64,000 nt of DNA from Candidatus Latescibacterota bacterium (GTDB lineage Bacteria; Latescibacterota; UBA2968; UBA8231), in the NCBI GenBank assembly GCA_964291625.2, contig OZ220089.1:1984001-2048000 (forward strand), read 5' to 3'. How positions within the stretch are numbered: the first letter of the stretch is position 1; each line of letters opens with the position of its first letter. The notes under the pieces were generated by a model. That model did not search any database. It saw only the letters and a program-made list of their open reading frames with translations, and was not told the origin of the DNA. A program made the position numbers and the translations under genes. This document shows, piece by piece, positions 29,347 through 41,634 of this stretch.

Positions 29347-30322
29347 GAGGTTCCGAGGCCCCCTGCAGGGTCCGGGCCATGTCCCCGGGCAGGGGGCTCT
29401 CGAACCTCAGTCCCTCCCCCGAGAGGGGATGCATGAACCCCAGCGAAGCGGCGTGCAGCGCCTGGCGGTCGAGGCCCTCGAGCAGGCGCCCGGCCAAAGG
29501 GCGGTGGCGCGGGTCGATGCCGCGCACGCGTGTGCGCCCTCCGTACACCGGATCGCCGAAGACCGGGTACCCAAGGTGCTGCATGTGCACGCGGATCTGG
29601 TGGGTGCGACCCGTCTCCAGGCGCAGCTCCAGCAGGCTGAACAAGCCCAGCTCCCGCAGCCGCCGGAAGCGGGTCACCGCCCGGCGGCCGCCCTCGGCCA
29701 CAGCCATGCGCTTGCGGTCGGCGGGGCTGCGGTCCAGGGGCGCGTCGACCACGCCCTCCTCGGGGGGCCTTCCCCACACGAGAGCCATGTAGCCGCGTTC
29801 GACGCTGCGCTCCTCCAGCTGTGCCGCCAGGCCGCGGTGGGCGGTGTCGCTCTTGGCCACCATCAGCAGCCCGGTGGTGTCCCGGTCGAGGCGGTGGACG
29901 ATGCCGGGCCGCAGCACGCCGTTGATGCCGGACAGGTCGCGGCAGTGGTGCAGCAAGGCGTTCACCAGCGTTCCCGCGGGGCTGCCCGGCGCCGGGTGGA
30001 CGGCCATGCCGGCGGGCTTGTCCACCACCAGCAGGTCGGCGTCCTCGTACATCACGCTGAGCGGCAGGTCCTCCGGGTGGGCCGCCAACTCCTCCGGTTC
30101 CGGCACCTCGACGGTGACCCGATCGCCGATGCGGAGGCGGTAGCCTGGACGTTTTGCGGCGTCGTTGACGAGGACCGCGCCCTCGGCCACCAGACCCTGC
30201 ACGCGGCTCCGGGACAACTCCTCGAGGACGCGGGGAACGAAGCGGTCGAGGCGTTCTCCCTCGTCCTCCTCCTGGATCCGGAAGCCGCGGACGCCGGCCG
30301 CCCGGGCGGGAGGCCCGGTCAC
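29321..30322 (-). CDS. rluD: RluA-family pseudouridine synthase with S4 domain
   Basis: RLDRF...SRSRVQ S4 domain, VVDKPAG, GIVHRLDRDTTG, LETGRTHQIRVH, GDPVYG, QALHA. Confidence 0.9.
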   Translation of the reverse strand: MTGPPARAAGVRGFRIQEEDEGERLDRFVPRVLEELSRSRVQGLVAEGAVLVNDAAKRPGYRLRIGDRVTVEVPEPEELAAHPEDLPLSVMYEDADLLVVDKPAGMAVHPAPGSPAGTLVNALLHHCRDLSGINGVLRPGIVHRLDRDTTGLLMVAKSDTAHRGLAAQLEERSVERGYMALVWGRPPEEGVVDAPLDRSPADRKRMAVAEGGRRAVTRFRRLRELGLFSLLELRLETGRTHQIRVHMQHLGYPVFGDPVYGGRTRVRGIDPRHRPLAGRLLEGLDRQALHAASLGFMHPLSGEGLRFESPLPGDMARTLQGASEPLSGEPGAP

Positions 30323-30326
30323 CTCG

Positions 30327-30851
30327 CTACCCCCCCGGGGCGGGCTCGTCGGCGGTGACCGCGCCGGGCGCCGCCGGCTTCTGCTGCCGCGAGTAGGAGA
30401 CGACCAGGAGCAGGACGCCGACGGTGACGCACGAGTCGGCCACGTTGAAGACCGGCCACCGCCAGCCGTCGGCGGAGAGGCCCACATCGACGAAGTCGAC
30501 GACTTCGTGCAGGCGCACCCGGTCGACGATGTTCCCGAGGGCGCCGCCCAGGACCAGGGCCAGGGCGCCGCGCTGCAGCCGCGCCTCCGCCGGGAGGCCG
30601 CGGTACATCCAGGCCAGCAGCGCCAGGGCGCCTACGGCGACCGCCGTGTGTACCAGGGGCCCCCCGATGGTGAGGCCGAAGGCGGCGCCGCGGTTGTGGA
30701 TCAGGGTAAGGCGAAGGAAGTCCCCCAGGACGGGGACCGGGGACTGCGGGGGCAGGGCGTGGAGGGCGATCTGCTTCGTCGCCTGGTCGAGGAGCAGGGC
30801 GGCGGGCACGATCCACAGGACCGAGGCACCGCGCCCCCCGGCGGGGCTCAC
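30327..30851 (-). CDS. lspA: Lipoprotein signal peptidase II
   Basis: LDQATK, NRGAAFG, GGALGNIVDR, VVDF, WPVFNVAD. Confidence 0.95.
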   Translation of the reverse strand: MSPAGGRGASVLWIVPAALLLDQATKQIALHALPPQSPVPVLGDFLRLTLIHNRGAAFGLTIGGPLVHTAVAVGALALLAWMYRGLPAEARLQRGALALVLGGALGNIVDRVRLHEVVDFVDVGLSADGWRWPVFNVADSCVTVGVLLLVVSYSRQQKPAAPGAVTADEPAPGG

Positions 30852-31225
30852 TCCTTCCTCTGGTCGGTCCCGCTCTTGCACTGGATGCACTGGGTCGCCG
30901 TCGGCACCGCCTCCAGGCGGGGGCGGCCGATCTCGCCTCCGCACACGCGGCAGACGCCGAAGGTCCCGTCCTCGATCCGCTGCAGGGCCTCCTGCACGTA
31001 GTCGAGGTAGCTGCCCTCGCGCTGGGCGAAGAGCAGGTTCTTCTCCCGCTCCATGGCGTCGGTGCCGCGGTCGGCCATGTGCAGCGAGTAGGCGGATCTC
31101 TCCTCGGACGACTCCTGGGCCACATCCGACCGGGAGACGCGCTCGAACTCCTCCAGATCGGAGCTGGCCTGCTCGTGCTTGGTCTGCAACAGCTTCTTGA
31201 AGTGTGCCAGGTCTTCCTGATTCAT
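30848..31225 (-). CDS. TraR/DksA C4 zinc-finger protein
   Basis: HMADRGTD, ALQRIEDGTFGVCRVCG...RLEAVP...CIQC. Confidence 0.93.
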   Translation of the reverse strand: MNQEDLAHFKKLLQTKHEQASSDLEEFERVSRSDVAQESSEERSAYSLHMADRGTDAMEREKNLLFAQREGSYLDYVQEALQRIEDGTFGVCRVCGGEIGRPRLEAVPTATQCIQCKSGTDQRKE

Positions 31226-31238
31226 CTCTCCCGCCTCC

Positions 31239-34200
31239 CTAGGCGCCCGGCCCGAGGCTGACGAGCGCAATCCTGCAGGGTTCGGTGTTGACTTCCCACT
31301 CCTTGGCCATCGACGCCTCTCCGCCGGCGGGCGTCTCCCCCACCGAGATCTCCCGGGCCAGGGTCTCGTCGGCCACGTAGCCGCGGAAAGCCCCGACCCA
31401 TGACTCCAGGGCCTCACTCCCCTGCACCCACAGCCGGATGCGGTCGGTCACGTCGAGGCCCGCCTCCTTGCGCATGTTCTGCACGCGGTTGACGACCTCC
31501 CGGGCGCCGCACTCGGCGATGAGATCCTCCGTAAGGTGGATGTCCAGGCCGACGGCGAGGTTCTCCTCCACCGCCACCACCACGTCCTGGCGCTCGCGCC
31601 GCTGCACCTCGACGTCGTCCATGCCGATAGAGCCGCCCGCCGCGCCGAGGGTCCCGCCCTCCTGCAGCAGCCGCACCTGGTCGGTGGTCAGGGCGCTGAT
31701 GAAGTCCGCCGCCTCGCGCGTGCGCTTGCCGAAGCGCGGGCCGAGGGCCCGGTAGTTCGGCTTGTAGGAGACCTCGCTGATCTGAGCCTCGTCCTCCACG
31801 AGGACGACCTCCTTGACGTTGAGCTCGTCGGCGATCAGGTCGGCCACGTCTTCCAGCAGGGCGCGGCCCTTCTCGTCCGGAGGCAGCAGCAGCAGGCGCT
31901 GCAGTGGTTGGCGGACCTTCAGGCCGTGGCGGCTGCGCAGCATGCGGCCGAGGGCGCAGGCGCGCATGGCCAGGCCCATCTGCGCCTCCAGCTCGGGGTC
32001 GCGCAGCGATTCGTCGGCCGCCGGCATGTCGCACAGGTGCACGCTCTCGGGCGCGTCCGGCTCCCGGGCGAGGTTGCGGTAGATCGCCTCGGTCACGTAC
32101 GGCAGCACCGGCGCCAGGCTCCTGGCGAAGGTGAGCAGGACCCGGTGCAGCGTGGCGTACGCCGAGTCGTTGTCGGCGCCCTCCTCGGCCTTCCAGAACC
32201 GGCGGCGGCTGCGGCGGATGTACCAGTTCGTCAGCTTGTCGACGAAGGCGACCATGGCCGGTACCGTGCGGTAGAGCCGGTAGGCCTCCATCTCCTCGTT
32301 GATCGTGTGGACCAGGGTCTGCAGCTCCGACAGGATCCAGCGGTCGAGCCTGTTGGCCGGCCGTCTCCCGTCCGCGGCGTCCGGAGACCAGCCGTCGGTG
32401 TTGGCGTAGAGCACGAAGAAGTGGTAGGCGCTCCACAGGGGGATAATCACGTCCCGCAGGCTCTGCTTGATGCCCTCCTCGGTGAGGCGCATCTCCTCGG
32501 CCTTCATGGCCGGCGAGTTGAGCAGGTAGAGGCGCAGGGCGTCGGCGCCGTAGGTCTCGAGCATCTCCGCCGGGTCGGGGTAGTTCTTCAGGCGCTTGCT
32601 CAGCTTGCGCCCGTCGGCGGCCAGCAGCATGCCCCCGACGATGCAGTTGTGGAAGGCCGGCTTGTCGAAGAGCGCCGCCGCCAGGATCGTCAGGGTGTAG
32701 AACCACCCCCGGGTCTGGTCGAGGTTCTCGGAGATGAAGTCGGCCGGGAAGGAGGCCTCGAAGTCCTGGCGCCGGCCGAAGGGGTAGTGGCTCTGGGCGT
32801 AGGGCATGGCGCCGGACTCGAACCAGCAGTCGAGGACCTCCGGCACACGCCGCAGGGTTCCCCGGCCCGAAGGCGCCGGGATCTCGAGATCGTCGACGAA
32901 GTGCTTGTGCAGATCGTCCACCTCGCGGCCGGTCAGCTCGCTCAGCTCTCGCCGGCTGCCGATGCACACGGCCTCGCCCGTCTCGTCGTTGCGCCAGATC
33001 GGCAGCGGCGTCCCCCAGTAGCGGTTGCGGCTCACGGCCCAGTCCGGGGCCGACTCGACGCCCTTGCCGAAGCGGCCGTCGCGGATGTGCCCGGGCACCC
33101 ACCGGATCCGCCGGTTGGCGGCCAGCATCCGCTCCTTCACCTCGCCCTCGATCTTCACGAACCAGGTGGAGACGGCGCGGTAGATGAGGGGCGAGTCGCA
33201 GCGCCAGCAGAACGGGTAGGAGTGCTCGATGGTGCTCTCGGAGAGCAGCCGTCCCGAGGCGCGCAACCGCCGGATGATGGGGGTGTCCGTCTCCTTGACG
33301 AAGACGCCCTCGAACTCCGGGACCTCGCCGGTGAAGCAGCAGTCGGCGTCGAGGGGGCAGACGACGGGCAGGCCCTCGGCGCGGCCGAGCTGGTAGTCGT
33401 CCTCGCCGAAGCCGGGGGCGATGTGGACGATGCCGGTGCCCTCGCCGGTGGAGACGAAGTCGGCGGCCGCGACGCGGAAGGCCCCCTGGTCGGCGAGGCC
33501 GGCGAAGTCGTCGAAGAGGGGCTCGTAGCGCAGCCCGAGGAGGTCGTCCACGGCGACGGGTGTCACCTCGGCGACCTCGCTGTGGTGCCGGCGGAAGATG
33601 CCGTCCACGAGGGAGGCGGCCAGGATCAGCCGCTCTCCGTCGGCGGTGGTGACGCGCACGTAGTCGATGTCGCGGCCCACGGCCAGGGCCATGTTGGAGG
33701 GCAGGGTCCACGGCGTCGTGGTCCAGGCGAGCAGGGACAGGCCCGGCTCCCCGGCCACGGGGAAACGAACCGTGATCGACGGGTCCTGGGTCTCCCGGTA
33801 GCCCTGGTTGACCTCGAAGTTCGACAGCGGCGTCGCGCACCGGGGACAGTAGGCGAGGGACTTGTGGCCCTCGTAGACCAGGCCCTTGTCCCACAGCGAC
33901 TTGAACACCCACCACAGCGACTCCATGAACTCGGGGTCCATCGTCCGGTACTGATCGTCCCAGTCGACCCAGCGCCCCAGGCGCTCGATCAGGCTGCGCC
34001 ACTGGCCCGTGTAGCGCAGCACCAGGTCCCGGCAGGCCTCGTTGAACCGGGACACCCCGTACTCGAGGATGTCCCGCCTCGACCCGAGACCGAGCTGCTG
34101 CTCGGCCTCGTTCTCCACCGGCAGGCCGTGACAGTCCCAACCCCAGCGGCGCTCGACCCGGTAGCCGCGCATCGTCCAGTAGCGCGGCACCACGTCCTTG

Positions 34201-34424
34201 GTGATCGAGGCCAGCAGGTGCCCGTAGTGGGGCAGGCCGGTGGCGAAGGGCGGGCCGTCGTAGAACCGGAAGGGCCGCTCGGCGGGCCGGGCGAGGACGG
34301 ACTTGCGGTAGAGGTCTCCGGCGCGCCACAGCTCGAGGATGCGGCGCTCCTGGGCGGGGAAGTCGACCTGGCTCGGCACCTTGTCGAAGGCCGGCGCCGC
34401 GGGGCGTGGGGCGGCGGCGGTCAC
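31239..34424 (-). CDS. ileS: Isoleucine-tRNA ligase, type 2
   Basis: YDGPPFATGLPHYGH, GWDCHGLPVE, DWAVSRNRYWGTPLP, DQTRGWFY, KLSKR; IleRS2-type C-terminus without zinc finger. Confidence 0.97.
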   Translation of the reverse strand: MTAAAPRPAAPAFDKVPSQVDFPAQERRILELWRAGDLYRKSVLARPAERPFRFYDGPPFATGLPHYGHLLASITKDVVPRYWTMRGYRVERRWGWDCHGLPVENEAEQQLGLGSRRDILEYGVSRFNEACRDLVLRYTGQWRSLIERLGRWVDWDDQYRTMDPEFMESLWWVFKSLWDKGLVYEGHKSLAYCPRCATPLSNFEVNQGYRETQDPSITVRFPVAGEPGLSLLAWTTTPWTLPSNMALAVGRDIDYVRVTTADGERLILAASLVDGIFRRHHSEVAEVTPVAVDDLLGLRYEPLFDDFAGLADQGAFRVAAADFVSTGEGTGIVHIAPGFGEDDYQLGRAEGLPVVCPLDADCCFTGEVPEFEGVFVKETDTPIIRRLRASGRLLSESTIEHSYPFCWRCDSPLIYRAVSTWFVKIEGEVKERMLAANRRIRWVPGHIRDGRFGKGVESAPDWAVSRNRYWGTPLPIWRNDETGEAVCIGSRRELSELTGREVDDLHKHFVDDLEIPAPSGRGTLRRVPEVLDCWFESGAMPYAQSHYPFGRRQDFEASFPADFISENLDQTRGWFYTLTILAAALFDKPAFHNCIVGGMLLAADGRKLSKRLKNYPDPAEMLETYGADALRLYLLNSPAMKAEEMRLTEEGIKQSLRDVIIPLWSAYHFFVLYANTDGWSPDAADGRRPANRLDRWILSELQTLVHTINEEMEAYRLYRTVPAMVAFVDKLTNWYIRRSRRRFWKAEEGADNDSAYATLHRVLLTFARSLAPVLPYVTEAIYRNLAREPDAPESVHLCDMPAADESLRDPELEAQMGLAMRACALGRMLRSRHGLKVRQPLQRLLLLPPDEKGRALLEDVADLIADELNVKEVVLVEDEAQISEVSYKPNYRALGPRFGKRTREAADFISALTTDQVRLLQEGGTLGAAGGSIGMDDVEVQRRERQDVVVAVEENLAVGLDIHLTEDLIAECGAREVVNRVQNMRKEAGLDVTDRIRLWVQGSEALESWVGAFRGYVADETLAREISVGETPAGGEASMAKEWEVNTEPCRIALVSLGPGA

Positions 34425-34726
34425 AGGCGCAGGTTCCTCAGGAAGAGCTGCACGACCTGGATCAGCAGGATCAGCACGAGGGGGGTGAAGTCGAGCCCGG
34501 AGGACCACATGAACCGCGGGATGTAGCGGCGCAGGCCGTCGAGGGCCGGATCGGTCAGCCCGCACAGGATCTGCACGAGCCGGTTGTAGGGATCGGGGTT
34601 GATCCACGAGATGATGACCCGGGCCACGACGATGATCAGGTAGACCATCAGCAGGCCGTCGATCAGGTCGATCACCCCGGAGAGGAATCCGGAGCCGTCG
34701 AAGACGGACAGCTCGGAATCGGACAC
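34421..34726 (-). CDS. yggT: YggT-family membrane protein
   Basis: IISWINPDPYN...LTDP...GLDFTP. Confidence 0.9.
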   Translation of the reverse strand: MSDSELSVFDGSGFLSGVIDLIDGLLMVYLIIVVARVIISWINPDPYNRLVQILCGLTDPALDGLRRYIPRFMWSSGLDFTPLVLILLIQVVQLFLRNLRL

Positions 34727-34732
34727 GTCGAC

Positions 34733-35434
34733 TCAGCCTTCCCTGCCGGGGGCCGCCGGCGCCGCCGGCCGGGGGCCGAAGACGGCGGTGCCGACGCGGA
34801 TCATGGTCGCGCCCTCCTCGATGGCCATTTCGTAGTCGCCGCTCATCCCCATGGACAGGGTGGTCATGCCCGCCGGCAGGCGGCGACCGAGGTCCCGCAG
34901 GCAGCGGAAGCAGGCCCGCACCCGCTCCTGTTCGCTGCTGTGGGCCGCGATCGTCATCAGACCCCGGACCCGCAGGCCCTCGAGGGTTGCCGCCGTCTTT
35001 GCCAAGGCGGGGAGGTCGCCGGGATCGACACCGCCCTGGTGCTCGGCGCCGGCCGTGTTGACCTGCAGCAGCACCTCGATGGTGCGCCCCTCGACGGCGG
35101 CGCGGCGCGAGAGCGCTTCGGCCAGCCGGAGGCTGTCGACGGACTGCACCATGTCGAAGATCTCGACGGCCCGGCCCGCCTTGTTGCGCTGCAGGCCGCC
35201 CACCAGGTGCCAGCGCGCCGGCGTCGCTACGGCCTCCTTCTTGGGCCCGGCCTCCTGAACGCGGTTCTCACCGATGTCGGTGACGCCCGCCTCCAGGGCC
35301 GCGGCCACCTCCCCGGGGGTGCGGCCCTTCGTTACCACCACCAACTGCACCTCGTCCGGCCGCCGCCCCGAGCGCTCGGCGGCCTCGGCGACACGCCGCC
35401 GGACCTCCTCCCAGTTGCGCGCGATGGGGTTCAT
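34733..35434 (-). CDS. yggS: PLP homeostasis protein YggS
   Basis: VVVTK, IGENRVQE, WHLVGGLQRNK, QSVDS, LSMGMSGDY, IRVGTAVFG. Confidence 0.94.
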   Translation of the reverse strand: MNPIARNWEEVRRRVAEAAERSGRRPDEVQLVVVTKGRTPGEVAAALEAGVTDIGENRVQEAGPKKEAVATPARWHLVGGLQRNKAGRAVEIFDMVQSVDSLRLAEALSRRAAVEGRTIEVLLQVNTAGAEHQGGVDPGDLPALAKTAATLEGLRVRGLMTIAAHSSEQERVRACFRCLRDLGRRLPAGMTTLSMGMSGDYEMAIEEGATMIRVGTAVFGPRPAAPAAPGREG

Positions 35435-35506
35435 GACGGCCTGTGCACGAGACGGATGCGGAAGGTACTGGGCGCGTGGTACTGACACAAGAACACCGGC
35501 CCGTGG

Positions 35507-36721
35507 CTAGTCGCCGCCCGACTCGCGCCGCCGCCAGGCGGCGAGGGCCGCCAGGATGACACCGCAGAGGAGCAGATCGGCCAGCACGACCCGCCTCAGA
35601 AGATCGCCGTGCTCCGGAGACAGGAACGCGGCGAAGGCGCCGCTGCCGAGGACCAGGTCCCCCGCGATGATGCCCCTTGGCAGCAGCAGCCATCCCGACC
35701 CGCGGGAGAACTCGCCGCTCGCGGGCAGGGGATACCACAGGGCCGGCCCGACGACGCGCGCCGCCAGGAGGACCCCCAGTTGGGCGAGCAGGATCTGGTA
35801 CGGCCACGAGGCTCGCGGCGGCACCAGGGAGAGAGCATCCGTCGAGACCACGAGGAGAGCGGCGAAGAGGAGGATCGAGATCGGCCGCACCGGCGCCAGG
35901 CGCCGCTCGAGGTCGCCCCCCGGCCCTTCGCGCGCTCCCAGGAGGAGCCCGGCGCCGAGACCGATGGGGAGCGACGGCAGACCGGCGTGGAAGGCCCAGC
36001 AGGCGCCGATGAGGGTGAGCGCTCCCAGGGCGAGAAGGGAGCTGTCCCGCCGCTCCAGGATACGCGTCCACCGCAGGACCTGGGCCGCCGCGGCTCCCCC
36101 GGCTCCGGAGAGGACCAACAGGGCGAGCCACTCCCGGGCCTCTGGGGCCACCCAGCGGGATCCGGCCTCCAGCAGCAGCACCGCGGCGAGCAGGAGCAGG
36201 GCGATGCCGGAGCCCAGGAGGGCGATGACCTGGGTCTCCCGGCCGCGCTGGAACTCGGCCACCAGGGGGCCCCAGAAGGAGGCGATGGCGGCCAGCACGA
36301 GAGCCACCGGCCAGGGGAGCCGTCCCGCCAGCCCGAAGACCGCCGTGAGGGCCGCGAAGGTGACCAGCGTCGACCCGGCCACGACCAGGGGCAGCCAGCG
36401 GCTGCGGCGCTCCGACGGCCAGCGCGCACCCAGCCCCACCAGGAGCCCTGCCCATACGCCGGCCCCGGTTCCGGCCAGCGACAGCAGGGGCTCGCGGGAG
36501 GCGTCGATGGCGTCGAGGGCCGAGGGGCCGAGCAGGTAGGCGCCGAGGATCCACGCCGTCAGCGCCGGCAGGCCGGCCCGGGCGAGGACGCCCTGGGCGG
36601 TGACCGCCAGCAGCAGGAGGACGCCGAACCCCCACAGGGACTCGTACCCCGTGCGCCCCGCCGGCGGCGGAGCCACCGCCGCCAGGGCCAGGAGGATGGC
36701 ACAGACTCCGAAGCTGCGCAT
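35507..36721 (-). CDS. Polytopic membrane protein, possibly a divergent cation:proton antiporter
   Basis: About 12 hydrophobic segments, ILGAYLLGPSAL and LLPRG motifs reminiscent of the CPA2 family. Confidence 0.55.
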   Translation of the reverse strand: MRSFGVCAILLALAAVAPPPAGRTGYESLWGFGVLLLLAVTAQGVLARAGLPALTAWILGAYLLGPSALDAIDASREPLLSLAGTGAGVWAGLLVGLGARWPSERRSRWLPLVVAGSTLVTFAALTAVFGLAGRLPWPVALVLAAIASFWGPLVAEFQRGRETQVIALLGSGIALLLLAAVLLLEAGSRWVAPEAREWLALLVLSGAGGAAAAQVLRWTRILERRDSSLLALGALTLIGACWAFHAGLPSLPIGLGAGLLLGAREGPGGDLERRLAPVRPISILLFAALLVVSTDALSLVPPRASWPYQILLAQLGVLLAARVVGPALWYPLPASGEFSRGSGWLLLPRGIIAGDLVLGSGAFAAFLSPEHGDLLRRVVLADLLLCGVILAALAAWRRRESGGD

Positions 36722-36755
36722 GGGCGGGTCGACCCTGCCGGCGGGCCCGGCCTCC

Positions 36756-39422
<2,667 letters not shown>

Positions 39423-39465
39423 CGGCTTCGCTTGCGGTAACCCATCGGGCGGGTCGGGAAAAGGT

Positions 39466-40476
39466 TCACGGCGCCGGGGCGGCCTGTATGCGGCCCTGCA
39501 GCCCGTCCGAGTGGACGCGGCGCAGATAGCCTCCGTCCTCGTAGTACACCATCACCTCGAGGCTGTCGTCGGCCGCCGCCCATTCCAGGGCCGGACCCGG
39601 GCCGGCCACGAAGGCCGCCGTGGCCAGGGCATCGGCCTCGAGGGCAGTGCGCGCCCAGGCGGTGGCGCTGACCGCCCTCCCGGCCGGATACCCGGTGGCC
39701 GGGTCGAGCAGGTGGTGGTACCGGCGGCCCTCGCTCTCGAAGGCCAACTCGTAGTCGCCCGACGTGGCCAGCGCCGGCAGCCCCACATCCTCCACGGCGA
39801 CGGTATCCGCCGGGTCGCGGGGGTGCTGCACGCCGAAGCGCCAGGGCCGTCCGTCGGGCTTCCGCCCCCAGAACCGCAGGTCGCCGCCGGCCTCGACGAC
39901 GCCTGCCTCCACCCCGGCCGCCCGCAGCAGGTCCACGGTGCGGTCGACGACGTGTCCTTTGGCCGCGGCCCCCAGATCGAGCCGCACGCCGGCCCGTTCG
40001 AAGATCACCCGGCCCTGGCTCAGGCGCACCTGCTCGTAGCCGCCCAGGGCCAGGGCCGAATCGATCGAGGCCGGTGCCGGAGGGCGACGCGCCTCGGGAA
40101 ACCCCCAGAGCGCCGTCAGGGCCCCCAGGGCCGGATCGAAGGCGCCGTCCGTACGCCTCGCCAGCTCGAGCGCGGGCGCCAGGACCTGGTGCAACTCCTC
40201 CGACAGCGCCTCCGGCTGCCCCGGGGCGATGCCGTGCAGCCGTGCGATCTCGCTCGAGCCGCCGTAGTGCGTAAGCGCCGAGTCGAGCCGGTCGATCAGC
40301 CCCCAGGCCTGCGCGAACAACGGCGGCGCCCGGTCCTCGTCGGCGAACAGGGCCACGCGCACCACCGTGCCCATGGCCACGTGATAGCCCTCGACGGGAA
40401 CGGCCGGGCCGGGCCTCGGCAGCAGCCAGAGGAACGCCGCCAGCCCCGCGAGGCCCGCCAGGACCCTGGCCTTCAA
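39466..40476 (-). CDS. apbE: FAD:protein FMN transferase ApbE
   Basis: AMGT, DLGAAAKG, EAGGD, ATSGDY, HHLLDP, ADALATA. Start approximate. Confidence 0.92.
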   Translation of the reverse strand: MKARVLAGLAGLAAFLWLLPRPGPAVPVEGYHVAMGTVVRVALFADEDRAPPLFAQAWGLIDRLDSALTHYGGSSEIARLHGIAPGQPEALSEELHQVLAPALELARRTDGAFDPALGALTALWGFPEARRPPAPASIDSALALGGYEQVRLSQGRVIFERAGVRLDLGAAAKGHVVDRTVDLLRAAGVEAGVVEAGGDLRFWGRKPDGRPWRFGVQHPRDPADTVAVEDVGLPALATSGDYELAFESEGRRYHHLLDPATGYPAGRAVSATAWARTALEADALATAAFVAGPGPALEWAAADDSLEVMVYYEDGGYLRRVHSDGLQGRIQAAPAP

Positions 40477-40483
40477 GGGCCCG

Positions 40484-41470
40484 TCAGCTGTCCCGCTCGA
40501 CCACCAGACGCACCGTGGTCTCCAGGATCGTGCGCTCCACGGAGGGCTCGAGCACCTCCAGGCACGCCTGGGCGCGGTCGGCGCACTCCCGGGCCGCGGC
40601 GCTGGCCGCGGCGACCCCGCCGCGCCGGTCGACGAAGTCGAAGACGCGGTTCCAGTCCTCCTCCTGGGGCTCCGGAGCCGACAACACACGGACGATCTCG
40701 GCCCGTTCGGCCTCGCGAGCCGCCGCCAGCGACTTGATCAGGGGCAGGGTGATCTTGCGCTCCCGCAGGTCGCGGCCAACGGGCTTGCCCAGGGTCGACT
40801 CGTCACCGGTGAAATCGAGAATGTCGTCGGCGATCTGGAAGGCCAGCCCCAGGGATTCGCCGTACTTCGTCAGGCTCTCCACCACCTCCGCGGGAGCCCC
40901 GGCCAGCAGGGGTCCGATGCGGCAGGCGGCCGAAATCAGCGAGGCCGTCTTGTCGCTCACCATGGCGAAGTACGAGGCCTCGCTCGTGTCGGCCTGCAGC
41001 CCGATCTGGAACTCGAAGATCTCGCCCTTGCTCAGCCGCTCCGTGGCCCCGGAGACCGCCGCCATGACCTGGAGATCGCCCAGGCTGACCAGCAGGCAGA
41101 GGGCGCGGGCGAGGAGGAAGTCGCCCATGAGCACGGCCACGTGGTCGTTCCACTTGCTGTTCACCGTCGCCTGGCCGCGCCGCGTCCCGGCCCCGTCCAC
41201 GACGTCGTCGTGGATCACCGTGGCGGCGTGGATCATCTCCACCCCGACGCCGGCGTCGATGACGCGGTCGTCCCAGCGCCCCGTGGCGCGGGTGCACAGC
41301 ACGGTGAGAGCCGGGCGCAGACGCTTGCCCTTGAGGGCGGCCATGTAACGGGCCACCTCGTGGACCATGTCGACATCGGCCTGGAGCATCTCGTCCAGGC
41401 GCCGCTCGAAGTGGTCGATCTCCTTCTGTATGGGCCCGAGCATCTGGCCCAGCGAACCGGAGGAGGTCAT
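40484..41470 (-). CDS. Polyprenyl diphosphate synthase (IspB/HepT-like)
   Basis: GKRLRP, IHDDVVD...RRG, GDFL, DKTASL, FQIADDILD, GKPVGRDL. Confidence 0.94.
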   Translation of the reverse strand: MTSSGSLGQMLGPIQKEIDHFERRLDEMLQADVDMVHEVARYMAALKGKRLRPALTVLCTRATGRWDDRVIDAGVGVEMIHAATVIHDDVVDGAGTRRGQATVNSKWNDHVAVLMGDFLLARALCLLVSLGDLQVMAAVSGATERLSKGEIFEFQIGLQADTSEASYFAMVSDKTASLISAACRIGPLLAGAPAEVVESLTKYGESLGLAFQIADDILDFTGDESTLGKPVGRDLRERKITLPLIKSLAAAREAERAEIVRVLSAPEPQEEDWNRVFDFVDRRGGVAAASAAARECADRAQACLEVLEPSVERTILETTVRLVVERDS

Positions 41471-41562
41471 CAGGGGGTGCGTCGCGCTCGCGCGGCGGCG
41501 TTGGTCGGCGGGAGCAGGGGAGGCAAAAGGGTGAGATTCACGTAACCTTCGGGAAAACATGA

Positions 41563-41591
41563 AGTTTAACGAAGCATGGATGCACTGTCAA
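41563..41591 (-). promoter_or_regulatory. Sigma70-type promoter for the polyprenyl synthase-apbE-secDF run
   Basis: Minus strand TTGACA-17 nt-TAAACT. Confidence 0.7.
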
Positions 41592-41634
41592 CGAGCCTCA
41601 GGACGGGTGGAGGCCGTCGACCGGCGCCGCTCCT

